Positions 8,123-17,940 of a stretch of DNA of 64,000 nucleotides are shown here, one piece after another. Position numbers and translations under genes: made by a program. The DNA lies in the IMG/VR virus record IMGVR_UViG_2881418779_000002, positions 2,227 through 66,226 of that record. One strand, given 5' to 3'. The stretch is from a virus. Lineage: Duplodnaviria > Caudoviricetes. The notes under the pieces were generated by a model that ran no database searches, was not told where the DNA came from, and was given only the letters and a program-made list of their open reading frames with translations. How positions within the stretch are numbered: the first letter of the stretch is position 1; each line of letters starts with the position of its first letter.

Positions 8123-10873
8123 CTAGGCGTAGCGCTGCGCGCCAGAAATTGCTTGCAATGCTTCGCGTGCGCCTTGTCCGGCCGCGCGACGTACATCCGG
8201 GGCATTGCTATTGCCATGAATATTGATGACGATATTGGCCGGCTGACTGGATTGATCCGATTTACTACCGCGCAGCTGATCATTCGGAATGATCGTCCCA
8301 GCACCGCGTGGAATGAAAAGTTCCGGCCCTTTTTCACCGACCATCGACGGCACGTTCAGCGGAGGCTCACCCCCTCCCGCAAAGCCTGCCATAAGACTAA
8401 AACCATTGACACCGTTCATGGCCGCCATGTCCGTTACGCCTTGAGAGAATCCACCAGCAAGATTAAATCCACCCGCACCATCCATCGCAGCCATGGCAGA
8501 GGCGCCTTGCGTTGCTCCACTTAAATCGACTCCTAATGCATTCAATGCGGTGCCAATCAGCCCCATCCCTGTACTACCACCTGATGAAGCCATGTCATAA
8601 AGTTTCGCTAGTTGCTTCTTGATAATCATGCGATCAAAATCAGCCAAAATGCTATTTGCCAGACTAGTAAATGATAACTTGCCTGTCATCATGAACTGCA
8701 CTGCGGCATCTTCGGCAGATTTGAATGCACCTGTCATCGTGCTTCCGATTTGCCCACCAACATTACTAGCCTCTTCGCCATACTTACGAACCGACTCGGC
8801 AGCGTTAAACCACGGGTCCTGAGATTTATCAAACTGCCTTTGAATCAGGTCTTGAGCTGCCAGTTTGGCGGTGTCAGCTTTCTCGCGGATGCTCGCAATT
8901 TCATCATCAGATATTTTCAATCCTTTTTTTCCGAGTTCCGCATTGGTTGCAAATATCATTGCCGACACTTCGCCATCGATCCGGCGTGCCTCGGTGAGTT
9001 TTGCAAGTTCAGTCTGTCCTTTGCCCATCCAATCAATGTCTTGCCGGCGAATGTCTAGTTGCTGCTGCTCCTTGTAGTCGAATGCATCAGTAGATTTATC
9101 AAATTTACGCAACACCTGCATTTGCCGCTCAAGCTCTAGGCCGTCCTGAACTAGCTTATTCTTCGCGATGTAATCAGACTTCTGCTGACTAGTTAGAGGG
9201 CTAAACCCCTCCGACGCACGCTGGCTATCCGAAAACTTACCCATCGTCACATCGAATTCCGCCATGGCGGCCTTCGACTCTCTAACCTTGCCCTCAAACT
9301 CGTCGAAGTGCTTAATAACATAATCGATACCTGCCTGCGTTGCATTCAGTCCGTCCATCGCTGTTTTGAAGGGGTCCTTTACTATGGCAGCTGGCTTATC
9401 TGGATCATCGGGCTTTGGCACATATGTCTTACCCTTTTTTCTGACAGTGTCGGCAGCCGAAGCACCGCGATCATCAAGCGCCCAGGCGGCACGCATCGCG
9501 TCCGCATTGTGCCGCGCTTGCGCGACGATGTTGTCGCCAATTAGTCCTAATCTGGCCTTGGCATCAGTCCACCCACTTACCAGCGCTTCTTTCGCACCCG
9601 AAAAGTCACCTTTAAGAACACTTGCGCCAGCAGTGGCAACGCCCTCCAAGCCCAGGCCGATCGCAGATATGCTGCCGACAATGGCTTCGGCGACCATGTA
9701 GACGACTGTCTTTAGCCCATAAAACAATGATGTGATGGTTGCCATCGAATAGCGAAACGCATTTACGGCCAATGGGAATCCATCTTTGAAGAACTCTGCG
9801 AAGTCCGTCAAAACTGGCATGATCTGATCGGCCCAGGCTCGCTTGAATCCCTGACTGGTCAAATCAGTTTCGCGGTTGAAGTCGCGCATTGCATCTTCGT
9901 AGCGCTTCACTGCCGCCTGAGATTCATCGCCGATCCCGAGGTTGTAGTCATTCAGTCGATCTGCTGCCTCAGCAATTCTTTCTTTTGTCACCGATGCTGC
10001 AGCTGCAACCTGCGCGGCAGTGCCGATGCCGATCTCGGTTGCTGCGCTATTCCTATCCCATCCAACAGTGTATTTATCTAACTCTTCATTAACATTCTTT
10101 ACCACCTCATACAGCGGAAGAAGATTGCCCTTCGCATCTTTGTATGTAATTCCAAGGCGGTCTAATGCATCCGTGTTGGCGCGGATCGTGGTTTCCGCAT
10201 TTTTGAAAACACTGATGTAATCGCCTTTATCGACACCGATAGCAGCGATAGCAGCATTGGTAGCAGCAGCCTGTTGCGCAGTCACGTACAGCGAATTTTG
10301 AATATCCTTGATCTGATTGTTTGCCTCAATCAGGGCATCGATACTCTCGCTCTTGTAGCTATCGCCAGTGATCAATCCAGCGATAAAGCCGATCGATCCT
10401 GAAATGATCTTATACGCCGTGTAGATCGCCCCGAGGCCGATCGCAGCAAATGCCGCCCCAATCACCAAGCCGGTGACAATGGCCTTTGCCTTGGTCCATT
10501 CCATGAATTTTTGCCATGCTGTCTGCGCACCAACAATTCCAACGCCAACACCTACGCCAATAGCTGTTGCGATTTTTTCTCCCGTTGACTTGAAGTCGGA
10601 ATCACCTGGCGTCTCAGCTAATTTCTTGATCGCCTCCTCAGATTGCGCACAACTTGCCAAGATCGCATCATTCGCAGCCTGCATGTCGCCGCCCATGGCC
10701 AGTGCAGCCTTCTGCATATCGAGGGATGATTGCAATAGGCTGCGGCGAAACTCATCCACCGAACTGGCGGACATTCCCATATTGGACTGTGCGGACTTAG
10801 CCACATCGTCCATCGAAGATGTGAAGCCACCTACGTCCGCACTAACTTTGACGGAGAGATTGCCGAGTGACAT
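8123..10873 (-). CDS. Tail tape measure protein
   Basis: 917 codons, Ala-rich and helical, MSLGNLSVKVSAD start, C-terminal FAGGG.P...PSMVGEKGPELF motif. Confidence 0.92.
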   Translation of the reverse strand: MSLGNLSVKVSADVGGFTSSMDDVAKSAQSNMGMSASSVDEFRRSLLQSSLDMQKAALAMGGDMQAANDAILASCAQSEEAIKKLAETPGDSDFKSTGEKIATAIGVGVGVGIVGAQTAWQKFMEWTKAKAIVTGLVIGAAFAAIGLGAIYTAYKIISGSIGFIAGLITGDSYKSESIDALIEANNQIKDIQNSLYVTAQQAAATNAAIAAIGVDKGDYISVFKNAETTIRANTDALDRLGITYKDAKGNLLPLYEVVKNVNEELDKYTVGWDRNSAATEIGIGTAAQVAAAASVTKERIAEAADRLNDYNLGIGDESQAAVKRYEDAMRDFNRETDLTSQGFKRAWADQIMPVLTDFAEFFKDGFPLAVNAFRYSMATITSLFYGLKTVVYMVAEAIVGSISAIGLGLEGVATAGASVLKGDFSGAKEALVSGWTDAKARLGLIGDNIVAQARHNADAMRAAWALDDRGASAADTVRKKGKTYVPKPDDPDKPAAIVKDPFKTAMDGLNATQAGIDYVIKHFDEFEGKVRESKAAMAEFDVTMGKFSDSQRASEGFSPLTSQQKSDYIAKNKLVQDGLELERQMQVLRKFDKSTDAFDYKEQQQLDIRRQDIDWMGKGQTELAKLTEARRIDGEVSAMIFATNAELGKKGLKISDDEIASIREKADTAKLAAQDLIQRQFDKSQDPWFNAAESVRKYGEEASNVGGQIGSTMTGAFKSAEDAAVQFMMTGKLSFTSLANSILADFDRMIIKKQLAKLYDMASSGGSTGMGLIGTALNALGVDLSGATQGASAMAAMDGAGGFNLAGGFSQGVTDMAAMNGVNGFSLMAGFAGGGEPPLNVPSMVGEKGPELFIPRGAGTIIPNDQLRGSKSDQSSQPANIVINIHGNSNAPDVRRAAGQGAREALQAISGAQRYA

Positions 10874-10887
10874 TGTATTTGCCCAAT

Positions 10888-10919
10888 AAAAAAGCACCCG
10901 AAGGTGCGAAGGTGCTTTG
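10888..10919 (-). terminator. Terminator-like hairpin downstream of the moron
   Basis: Minus strand AAGCACC-TTCGCACCTTCG-GGTGCTT followed by a T run. Confidence 0.6.
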
Positions 10920-10966
10920 TTTAAATTTAATTAATTACATCGAATTACAACGTCGATTTTCTCATC

Positions 10967-11422
10967 CTACTGAGGCACCAGTTTACATCTGCAATACCTG
11001 CAAATCTGAGCGTCTTTAAATATCAACTCCCGACAGTCCGGGCATTTTATGTGTGTTTCTGGCGTGGGAGCATATTGGGTTGGTGCTAAATCATTACGTT
11101 TATCGATGGAATTTTGAGTCTCTTGCGCCGCAGCATCCAACCCCGCGTACACTCTGTTCGATACGCTGACAAGTTTTCCGAGTCCAGAATTCCGCAATGT
11201 TGCATCAACGCGCTCATTTATAGGGTCGACAAAATGCTTGGTTCTCGCGCGCACTGGCTTGAATAGCAGCCATAGAAAAACAAAGAACCGCCAGGCCAGC
11301 CAGACGACAAAAAACAACATCAACAGCTTGATCAGTCCGGAGCCATTGCCGCCACTTGCCGCCGCTGCAACGGCAGCCGAGAGTGCCAATGCGCCCAAAA
11401 ACCACTTCATCCTTGTTTTCAT
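10967..11422 (-). CDS. Moron-like membrane protein with C-terminal zinc ribbon
   Basis: Two hydrophobic segments and CPDC...CRYC; sits between the chaperone and tape measure genes. Confidence 0.65.
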   Translation of the reverse strand: MKTRMKWFLGALALSAAVAAAASGGNGSGLIKLLMLFFVVWLAWRFFVFLWLLFKPVRARTKHFVDPINERVDATLRNSGLGKLVSVSNRVYAGLDAAAQETQNSIDKRNDLAPTQYAPTPETHIKCPDCRELIFKDAQICRYCRCKLVPQ

Positions 11423-11479
11423 CAATCCCCCTTGTTTTTTCTGACTATAGCGCAACAAAGGATATACCGTTGACTGCCA

Positions 11480-11820
11480 TTAATTTTTCTTACAAAAAAG
11501 CATCTTCTTGATGAGCTCTGACTGAGCGTCAGGATCATGCAGCAACGTCGGCTCATCAACCTTATCGCGACGGACAAACAGCAAAAATTCGTCTAGCGTG
11601 TAGGCATTTGGGCGTTTTTTCGTATCTCGATTCACATTAGCAACGATCGATGCGATGTGAGCTTGCGCATAATCATGAACCATTGAACCTACGGGCTCAA
11701 CCGCAAAATATTCCTGCCATCCAAGATATTCCTCGTAAGGCAATTGATCTACTTGACCCAGCGTGATGCCAAGGGCGAGCGCCAGGCGAAACCTAAAGAG
11801 GCGCTCGGGGTCATCCCTTA
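11480..11820 (-). CDS. Tail assembly chaperone, frameshift extension (lambda gpT-like part)
   Basis: The -1 frame opens at the slippery site: KLRDDPERLFRFRLALALGITLGQVDQLPYEEYLGWQEYFAVEP. Confidence 0.8.
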
Positions 11821-12147
11821 GTTTTTTTGGTCTGCCGGTTTTTTGAAACCACTCAGCTCCAGTGCAACCGTCACCAACTTCTCGACCTCAGCATTGCTCG
11901 ACGCTGCCAGTGCATCCAGATCGCCTTCAGTAAATACTTGCATTCCTTCATCATCAACAAAGGATAAAACCACCAGGCTCAAGCCGAAGGCATCGTCGGT
12001 GCCATTCGCCTGTTTCAGTTTGGTGCGAATCCCGCTAACCTCAGTTACCGACAATTGCTTTGCCGTGATCGATCCAAATCCGTCAATTTCGACGGCCTTT
12101 GTTTTCGGCTTGATTGCCGCAAATAACGCATTTTTGTCAAAGCTCAT
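11818..12147 (-). CDS. Tail assembly chaperone (lambda gpG-like)
   Basis: Position after the major tail gene; ends GAC CAA AAA AAC TAA, containing an A AAA AAC slippery heptamer. Confidence 0.85.
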   Translation of the reverse strand: MSFDKNALFAAIKPKTKAVEIDGFGSITAKQLSVTEVSGIRTKLKQANGTDDAFGLSLVVLSFVDDEGMQVFTEGDLDALAASSNAEVEKLVTVALELSGFKKPADQKN

Positions 12148-12175
12148 TGCTTTTTCCTGTCTTAAGAATAAAGAA

Positions 12176-12814
12176 TTACAGACCCGAAACTGGTCCAGAG
12201 ATGCGAATATCAACGGCTGTTTTTACCAGTGCATCGACGCCACCTGCCAGACTGAATTTCTTCACGAAGCCGGTAAAGGTAATGACACTAGTATTTGGCA
12301 GGGTGAGCTGGAAATTGGAGATAACCCCAGATCCCTGCTTCGAACGCAATGCAATGTGACCTGCGTTAGAGCCGTCATAGTCGATATTGATAGAAAACTG
12401 CCCTGGGTCAGTAATACCAAGCAAGAACTCTTTTGCTACGCTAGACATATTAGTTCGGTCAATCTCAGACGCGGAACCATCGAAGCCGGAGAAATCTTTT
12501 AGGTTGCCAATTGGCGTGAATGTTACTGGCGTAGCAGTACCTGCCGCAGTGATTGTCTTGCCTGTCGTATCAGCATCAATCGCGATGGTATTTGTTGTTT
12601 TGTTCTTGACAGTAAAATTCAACCCGTTCAACAGTGCGGCATCAGCACCAGCCAAACCCGCTAGTGTCTCAACATCGCCATTATTGAAGCCGTGCGCCGT
12701 GATGGTGAGAATGGTTGGATTGCCGAGCGCGATAGCGGTAATGTTTTTAGCGCCACCGGTGCCAGTACCAATGCTCAAGGTGCTACCTTGGGCCGAGATT
12801 GCAGAGCTTGTCAT
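12176..12814 (-). CDS. Major tail tube protein
   Basis: SAQGSTL.I start; SEIDRTNMSS..KEFLLGITDPG and FTGFVKKFS motifs. Confidence 0.88.
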   Translation of the reverse strand: MTSSAISAQGSTLSIGTGTGGAKNITAIALGNPTILTITAHGFNNGDVETLAGLAGADAALLNGLNFTVKNKTTNTIAIDADTTGKTITAAGTATPVTFTPIGNLKDFSGFDGSASEIDRTNMSSVAKEFLLGITDPGQFSINIDYDGSNAGHIALRSKQGSGVISNFQLTLPNTSVITFTGFVKKFSLAGGVDALVKTAVDIRISGPVSGL

Positions 12815-12829
12815 GCGCGAGCCTCTTTA

Positions 12830-12855
12830 AATAAAAAAACCCGCACATGGCGGGT
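12830..12855 (-). terminator. Terminator-like hairpin upstream of the tail tube gene
   Basis: Minus strand ACCCGC-CATGT-GCGGGT followed by a T run; near-identical copy at 26305-26330. Confidence 0.6.
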
Positions 12856-12876
12856 TGTTGATGAAATTATGTTTAC

Positions 12877-13227
12877 TTAATGCCAGATTGAATAATCGAC
12901 ACTCACTCGGAAAAGCTTGACGGCGTCTTCGTAAAAGTCCCGCGAAAGAAGTGAGACGTTTTGCACGATCCAACTGGACATCAGTGAGTCGACCTGAGCA
13001 GCCAAGGAGATTGCATCGAAATAAATCAATGCATACATATCGATTTGCATTCGCGTGTTGAATAGGTTCGTGCTACCGGATAGGACATTTTCCGAGTTGC
13101 TAAAAATGCGTTGATAGGTGATATAAGGCCTCACCACGCCATCGGGAGCAGTTAGCGGATAAATGCGTGCACCGGCCAACGTAGCGCCACCAGACAGTAG
13201 AGTAAATAGCTGGTTTTGAATACTCAT
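12877..13227 (-). CDS. Tail terminator protein (DUF3168-like)
   Basis: RIYPLTAP...PYITYQRI...RMQIDMYA motifs and gene order. Confidence 0.8.
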   Translation of the reverse strand: MSIQNQLFTLLSGGATLAGARIYPLTAPDGVVRPYITYQRIFSNSENVLSGSTNLFNTRMQIDMYALIYFDAISLAAQVDSLMSSWIVQNVSLLSRDFYEDAVKLFRVSVDYSIWH

Positions 13228-13622
13228 AAGCCATCAGCCTTATTCACACTATCTAGAATTTTTTGCTTCAATTGAGATTCAACTTGCTGCTTTCCCGCCT
13301 CTATACCAGGTCGAAAGAATGGCTTTGCCGGCTCTTTACTGGTTCCATATTCATCAAATATTGCGTAATGCTCAATGCCATTTTTGTCTGATTTTTCAAT
13401 CTGCACGATTGCGCTAGCATGATTCGCATCGTGGACACTGACCGCGTCAAGATTGCTAACGAGTGCTCCGGTTCGCACGGGGGCGCGACTGCGGATCTCT
13501 CGCTCAACGATCGCGGCAGCATCCATGACAATCTGCGGCAACTCACTAAGCAGGCGCGCATTCAGTTTTTCAATGTTGGCTTGCATTTCTTTCAGCCCTG
13601 CCACATTACTCAGATCAGCCAT
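13224..13622 (-). CDS. HK97 gp10-like tail component
   Basis: APVRTGAL and EYGTSKEPAKPFFRP motifs. Confidence 0.85.
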   Translation of the reverse strand: MADLSNVAGLKEMQANIEKLNARLLSELPQIVMDAAAIVEREIRSRAPVRTGALVSNLDAVSVHDANHASAIVQIEKSDKNGIEHYAIFDEYGTSKEPAKPFFRPGIEAGKQQVESQLKQKILDSVNKADGL

Positions 13623-13956
13623 TATTCAAGCCCTCACTGGCCAGCAATTCAATCGTCCGATTGCGCTCATCCAAATTGAGCGCCCCGCTAATATTGAAAT
13701 AACGCCCTTTGTATATGGCCCGCATTGCTGCTACTGAGATTGGATTAGCGAACTCGGCGCGGTAGCGAACGGTGATACGGTGATTTACTTCAGATTGCAC
13801 AGCTTGTGCTGCAAGCAACTCTCGAGCAGTCAGCGATTCGATATAAGCCCATATAGTGAATAGATCAGACCAGGTAGTCGCCTGCTGGCCAAGACTATCG
13901 GCTGCAGTGCTGCGCTGCTGCAGAGTAATCCGATGGAGGAGGTCGCCCGCACGCAT
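13615..13956 (-). CDS. Head closure / head-tail adaptor (SPP1 gp16-like)
   Basis: MRAGDLLHRITLQ and HRITVRYR motifs. Confidence 0.88.
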   Translation of the reverse strand: MRAGDLLHRITLQQRSTAADSLGQQATTWSDLFTIWAYIESLTARELLAAQAVQSEVNHRITVRYRAEFANPISVAAMRAIYKGRYFNISGALNLDERNRTIELLASEGLNNG

Positions 13957-14813
13957 CAGTAGGTACTCGCAATATACGGATCAAGCAGCCCATCAACAAA
14001 AGGCAACTCAAGGACGACAATGCGCTGACCGACGGCCACCTCCTCGCGGTTCTCATACAACGAGCCGATCCGCAACAACATCCAGCTGCGAATCCCATCT
14101 GGCACGACGCCGATAAAGCTCCGTCCCGTGCCATCAGACGTGAGTGCGATCGGGTTGCCATCAATATCCATCAGCGTGTAAGCGCCATTCGCGGCACTAG
14201 CGACCAGGTAGGCAGTATCGGCATCGAGCGGTGCTGGCAGTAGCCCCCCGGAGTTGTAGAAGTTCACTCGGGCACCGACTGTCCACGTGACCGGGCCGCT
14301 TACCTTGAATTGCGTTGGTTCGCTCGCGAATGCCGTAGTAATTGGTGAGGCGTACCCAGCATCATAGATCACTATGACTGAGCCGATTTGCGGCAGAGGA
14401 ATTGGCCACACTTTGCCGAACGCAGGTGTGATGATAGCTGGCATCAACGCGGAATTGACCACGTAATCGCTCTGCGGCATTGTTTGCAGCTCGCCGGACA
14501 TGTCGATGTACTGAATCGAGATAACGTCAACCACTGGCGAATGTGGCAACTGGATAGCATATGCAGGGATACTCACCGATGCACGAAATGGCGACATCGC
14601 ACCCCAGCCCGCCATGGGAAAGGTATCAAGCACCAGCTTCCAGCGAGCGTGTAGTAGTTGCTGGCGCGTCTTCGATTCGACAGCCTGGCGCGCCGCGGAG
14701 ATCAGTGACCGAATCTTCGCATCGTCGGCATCATCATCAACTCGACGGTCATTCTTTACTTCCGAAAGATGTAAAGGCTCTCCGGCAGGCTGAATCAGGC
14801 AAATTTCGGGCAT
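13956..14813 (-). CDS. Head-tail connector (gp6-like) with an ~80-aa insertion
   Basis: EPLHLSEVK...ISAARQAVE N-terminus and VPDGIRSWMLLRIGSLYENRE C-terminus; longer than typical. Confidence 0.85.
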   Translation of the reverse strand: MPEICLIQPAGEPLHLSEVKNDRRVDDDADDAKIRSLISAARQAVESKTRQQLLHARWKLVLDTFPMAGWGAMSPFRASVSIPAYAIQLPHSPVVDVISIQYIDMSGELQTMPQSDYVVNSALMPAIITPAFGKVWPIPLPQIGSVIVIYDAGYASPITTAFASEPTQFKVSGPVTWTVGARVNFYNSGGLLPAPLDADTAYLVASAANGAYTLMDIDGNPIALTSDGTGRSFIGVVPDGIRSWMLLRIGSLYENREEVAVGQRIVVLELPFVDGLLDPYIASTY

Positions 14814-14870
14814 ATGGAATCCGGTAAAGAATGACCCCGCGCGAGTGCGCGAGGCCCGCAGTGCTACTAA

Positions 14871-15317
14871 TTAAACGACTTGTACTACCGAGGTAGCATT
14901 GAGCGCCGACGCAGGGGCATAGCGAGCATTCGCGCCAAGTAACTGCGCGCCGACAATCGAGGCTGCCGCGCCGATCGTCAGCGACAAGGCGACGAATGCA
15001 AAGGCGTTGGCGACATCCAAATCTTCTGCGCGTAACTCAATACTGGCTTGGACATTACTGCCCGATGCAGCCAAGATTTGGGTAATCGCCTTGCCTGGTA
15101 CGTCTTTGGCGCCAGTGCCCGCAGCATCGGTTGCCTGGCGCAGCTTCGCATCAAGCGTCCCGGTTGCGGTCATTGCGCCAGTTTGGATCTGCGCGGAAAT
15201 CGAATGGAAGTTGGCGGCAGGCACCCATGCCGAAACAACGGTGCCTGCGTTGATGCTGGATGGATTGATCGCCGCAAGAATCGCAATCTTCTCGTTCAGT
15301 TTGATATTCGTGTTCAT
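14871..15317 (-). CDS. Putative capsid decoration / head protein
   Basis: Beta-rich 148-aa ORF directly after the capsid gene. Confidence 0.55.
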   Translation of the reverse strand: MNTNIKLNEKIAILAAINPSSINAGTVVSAWVPAANFHSISAQIQTGAMTATGTLDAKLRQATDAAGTGAKDVPGKAITQILAASGSNVQASIELRAEDLDVANAFAFVALSLTIGAAASIVGAQLLGANARYAPASALNATSVVQVV

Positions 15318-15374
15318 TGGAGGCCTTTTTGAATAATGGATGACAAAACAGGCGGCACGGGCCGCCCTGCACTA

Positions 15375-16688
15375 TTAACGTGCGCCGAGCTGTACGAACG
15401 GGGACAACTTGTTCGCGCCTTTGGCTGGCGAGATGGCGGCAGCGAGTTTACTTTGGCCGTCGATACGGAACGTGGTACGGAACGCTGTTGCATCAGCATC
15501 GAAATACAGATGCATCGATGTTGCCGTTTGCACACCACCCGCCTTAGTGATGGTCTGGTAGTAATTGAGATCGACCAGCATCACATCGCCCTGAGAGCTG
15601 AACGTGTTCGCATGTTGCGAAACGATGATCGGACGGCCCAGCAATGTCCCGTACGGATTGCCCTGAATGCCACCCAAGAGGCCACCAGACGGGATATAGA
15701 TTGGGTAGTTACCCAAGGTCAAAGTGAAGAGCGCTGGCAACACATCGTTATTGATGATCCAGACGGCATTTGGAAACGAGCCCTCCGGCAGGCGAGCGAT
15801 CATGTTCGCCAGATTCAGTGCCGTCAAAGTGTTGGTGGCTTGACCGGGATCCTTGGCGATTGTCACAACGGCACCACTGACCATGGCGCCTTGAGGCAAA
15901 CCAGCACCCGGGCCGAACAAGATCGCCTCGTTCGTCTTCCATTGGATTGACGCACCGATTTTCTTCGGCAGATATGATGCCAGTGCGGAACTATCATCCA
16001 GCATCTCATCTGATACCGGAACGAGTGCCATCAGCTTTTTCAAGCGCAGCGATGTTAAGCCGAGGACTGGCTTGGTTCCGGCTGGCGCCGAAGCCTCGCC
16101 CTGCCAGTACGCGCGCACGCCGTTGGTGCCCCAGGCGGTTGTTTCATCCTTTGGGAACGACATGCCATTGCCCGCGACATTGACCTCATCAGTCATGGGC
16201 AGAAGTGCATTGTCGGTCAACGACAACTGGAAAATTTCCTTGCCAAACTCTGGCGGGATCAAGAATCCGCCATCTGCGCCAGAGCCTTCATTAGCGTAAG
16301 TTCCTGCACCGGGCGCGGCCGCGCCGATCAGCAAACGCTTGTCCATGGCGACAGCACCACCGCTGCGTTGTGCTGCAGTTGCACTGTGTACGGCCTTCAT
16401 GAATTCGCCGACGAAGCTGAAACCACCCCTTGGATCATTGGCGACATTCTCACTCACGGTGATATGCGCACCCTCACGGATCGTCACACCCTCACTTACT
16501 TCGGCAGCGCTCATTTCTTCGGCGCGCTGGATACGAGCATCGAGGCTGCGCGACTCGGCCATGTGCGCCTCGTATTGGGTGGATTCCTCGGCGGTCAGAT
16601 CGCGGTTTTCGAGGGCCGAAGCATCATTCAATGCTTTGGCTCGGGCAATTGCAGCCGCTTTCTGTTGTTGCAGGAGACGTTTGTTCAT
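15375..16688 (-). CDS. Major capsid protein, HK97 fold
   Basis: ATG 16688; coiled-coil delta domain, GGFLIPPEF, EAILFGPG.G.PQG and TLLGRPIIVS motifs. Confidence 0.95.
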   Translation of the reverse strand: MNKRLLQQQKAAAIARAKALNDASALENRDLTAEESTQYEAHMAESRSLDARIQRAEEMSAAEVSEGVTIREGAHITVSENVANDPRGGFSFVGEFMKAVHSATAAQRSGGAVAMDKRLLIGAAAPGAGTYANEGSGADGGFLIPPEFGKEIFQLSLTDNALLPMTDEVNVAGNGMSFPKDETTAWGTNGVRAYWQGEASAPAGTKPVLGLTSLRLKKLMALVPVSDEMLDDSSALASYLPKKIGASIQWKTNEAILFGPGAGLPQGAMVSGAVVTIAKDPGQATNTLTALNLANMIARLPEGSFPNAVWIINNDVLPALFTLTLGNYPIYIPSGGLLGGIQGNPYGTLLGRPIIVSQHANTFSSQGDVMLVDLNYYQTITKAGGVQTATSMHLYFDADATAFRTTFRIDGQSKLAAAISPAKGANKLSPFVQLGAR

Positions 16689-16876
16689 ATTTTGCTTTCT
16701 CAGAAATGAAAAAGCCCACGTCTGAGGTGGGCATTGGATTGCTGCTGGGTTGCACAAATCGACCGATGGGCCGGGTCGGCGCCGACTCAAGGGAGCGGAA
16801 CCGGGCGGGCTTGCGCGTAGCCCAAAATTTAGACGCAAAAAAGCCGCTATAAGCGGCGTCGATAAATAATGTTGCT

Positions 16877-17938
16877 CTATGCGCTTGCGATTTCGAGTGC
16901 TCGGCGCCGGGCAGCGGTTCGAGCAGCATGATTCGATTGCACTAGATTAGCCACCACTGCTACGCCAGACTCGACAGCGACTGACGCAGCAATTACTTCG
17001 GCTTGCGGCGTTAAGTCGACCGCACTAGCCACAACCTCTATCACATCAACTACAGCTCGCGCACCAGTAACCCCTGATTTGATGGCCTTGGTCATCTTCG
17101 CCACCACATCATCGAAAGAGCAGATGCCGTCAACCATGCCTGCAGCAAGAGCGTCGGTAGCAAGAAGGCAGCGGCCTTGGCCCATGCCATCGCGTACCGA
17201 TCCAATCGGAGCGCCACGGCCTTTGGCGACGGCACCAGTGAACGATGCATAGTAGGCATCGACCTGGCTTTGCAGAAAAGCCTGTGCTTCTTCGTCTAAC
17301 GGCCCCATTGAGTTACCCTCGACCTTGTACTTGCCGGCCGATATGAAATTGCACTTGTAGCCCTCTATTTCCATGGCCGCCGATTCATCGACGTGTTGCA
17401 TGTAGACGCCAATCGAGCCAGCTTGGCCGCCCGGGGTCATGAAAAGCTGCGCGCACTGCGATCCAGTCCAGTAAGCCCCTGATGCGCAAAGGCTGTTCAC
17501 ATAACCGTAGATTGGCTTTTGTCCACGTGCATTGAAAATCTCCGTCGCGAGCTCGCCAGCACCGAACACTGACCCGCCTGGGCTGTCAATGTCAATAATG
17601 ACGCCGTCGATGGTATCGTCGGCCAGTGCGGAGCGTAACGCCGAGGTAAAGGCCTGCGTAGACGTGCCGCCGGCGCCGGAAATATCATCAACCATTGAGG
17701 CGCGTTGTGACATAACGCCATATAGGGGCAGTACGGCAATACCGCCTCCGACACTCCCCACTGATTTTGCGCGCGCGGCTCGCGCCGCCTGCGCAGCCTC
17801 AATGTTGACCATGACTTCCGGCGTGACCTGCTCGCCGGCGGACCAGCGGCGCAATACCGCAGAAAACGTGGCAAGGTGTTCTGGTGCCATCGCCCATGGT
17901 TGGGACGCGAAGGCGGCCAAGAGTAGTTGACGTTTCAT
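16877..17938 (-). CDS. Prohead protease, S49 (SppA/ClpP-like)
   Basis: IDSPGGSV, LCASGAYW and AGSIGV motifs. Confidence 0.92.
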   Translation of the reverse strand: MKRQLLLAAFASQPWAMAPEHLATFSAVLRRWSAGEQVTPEVMVNIEAAQAARAARAKSVGSVGGGIAVLPLYGVMSQRASMVDDISGAGGTSTQAFTSALRSALADDTIDGVIIDIDSPGGSVFGAGELATEIFNARGQKPIYGYVNSLCASGAYWTGSQCAQLFMTPGGQAGSIGVYMQHVDESAAMEIEGYKCNFISAGKYKVEGNSMGPLDEEAQAFLQSQVDAYYASFTGAVAKGRGAPIGSVRDGMGQGRCLLATDALAAGMVDGICSFDDVVAKMTKAIKSGVTGARAVVDVIEVVASAVDLTPQAEVIAASVAVESGVAVVANLVQSNHAARTAARRRALEIASA

Positions 17939-17940
17939 AG

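Noticed and set aside
8116-8337. Extended N-terminus of the HNH-AP2 ORF given in the track
   Set aside because: It overlaps the tape measure 3' end; the family-like sequence begins at ATG 8115.
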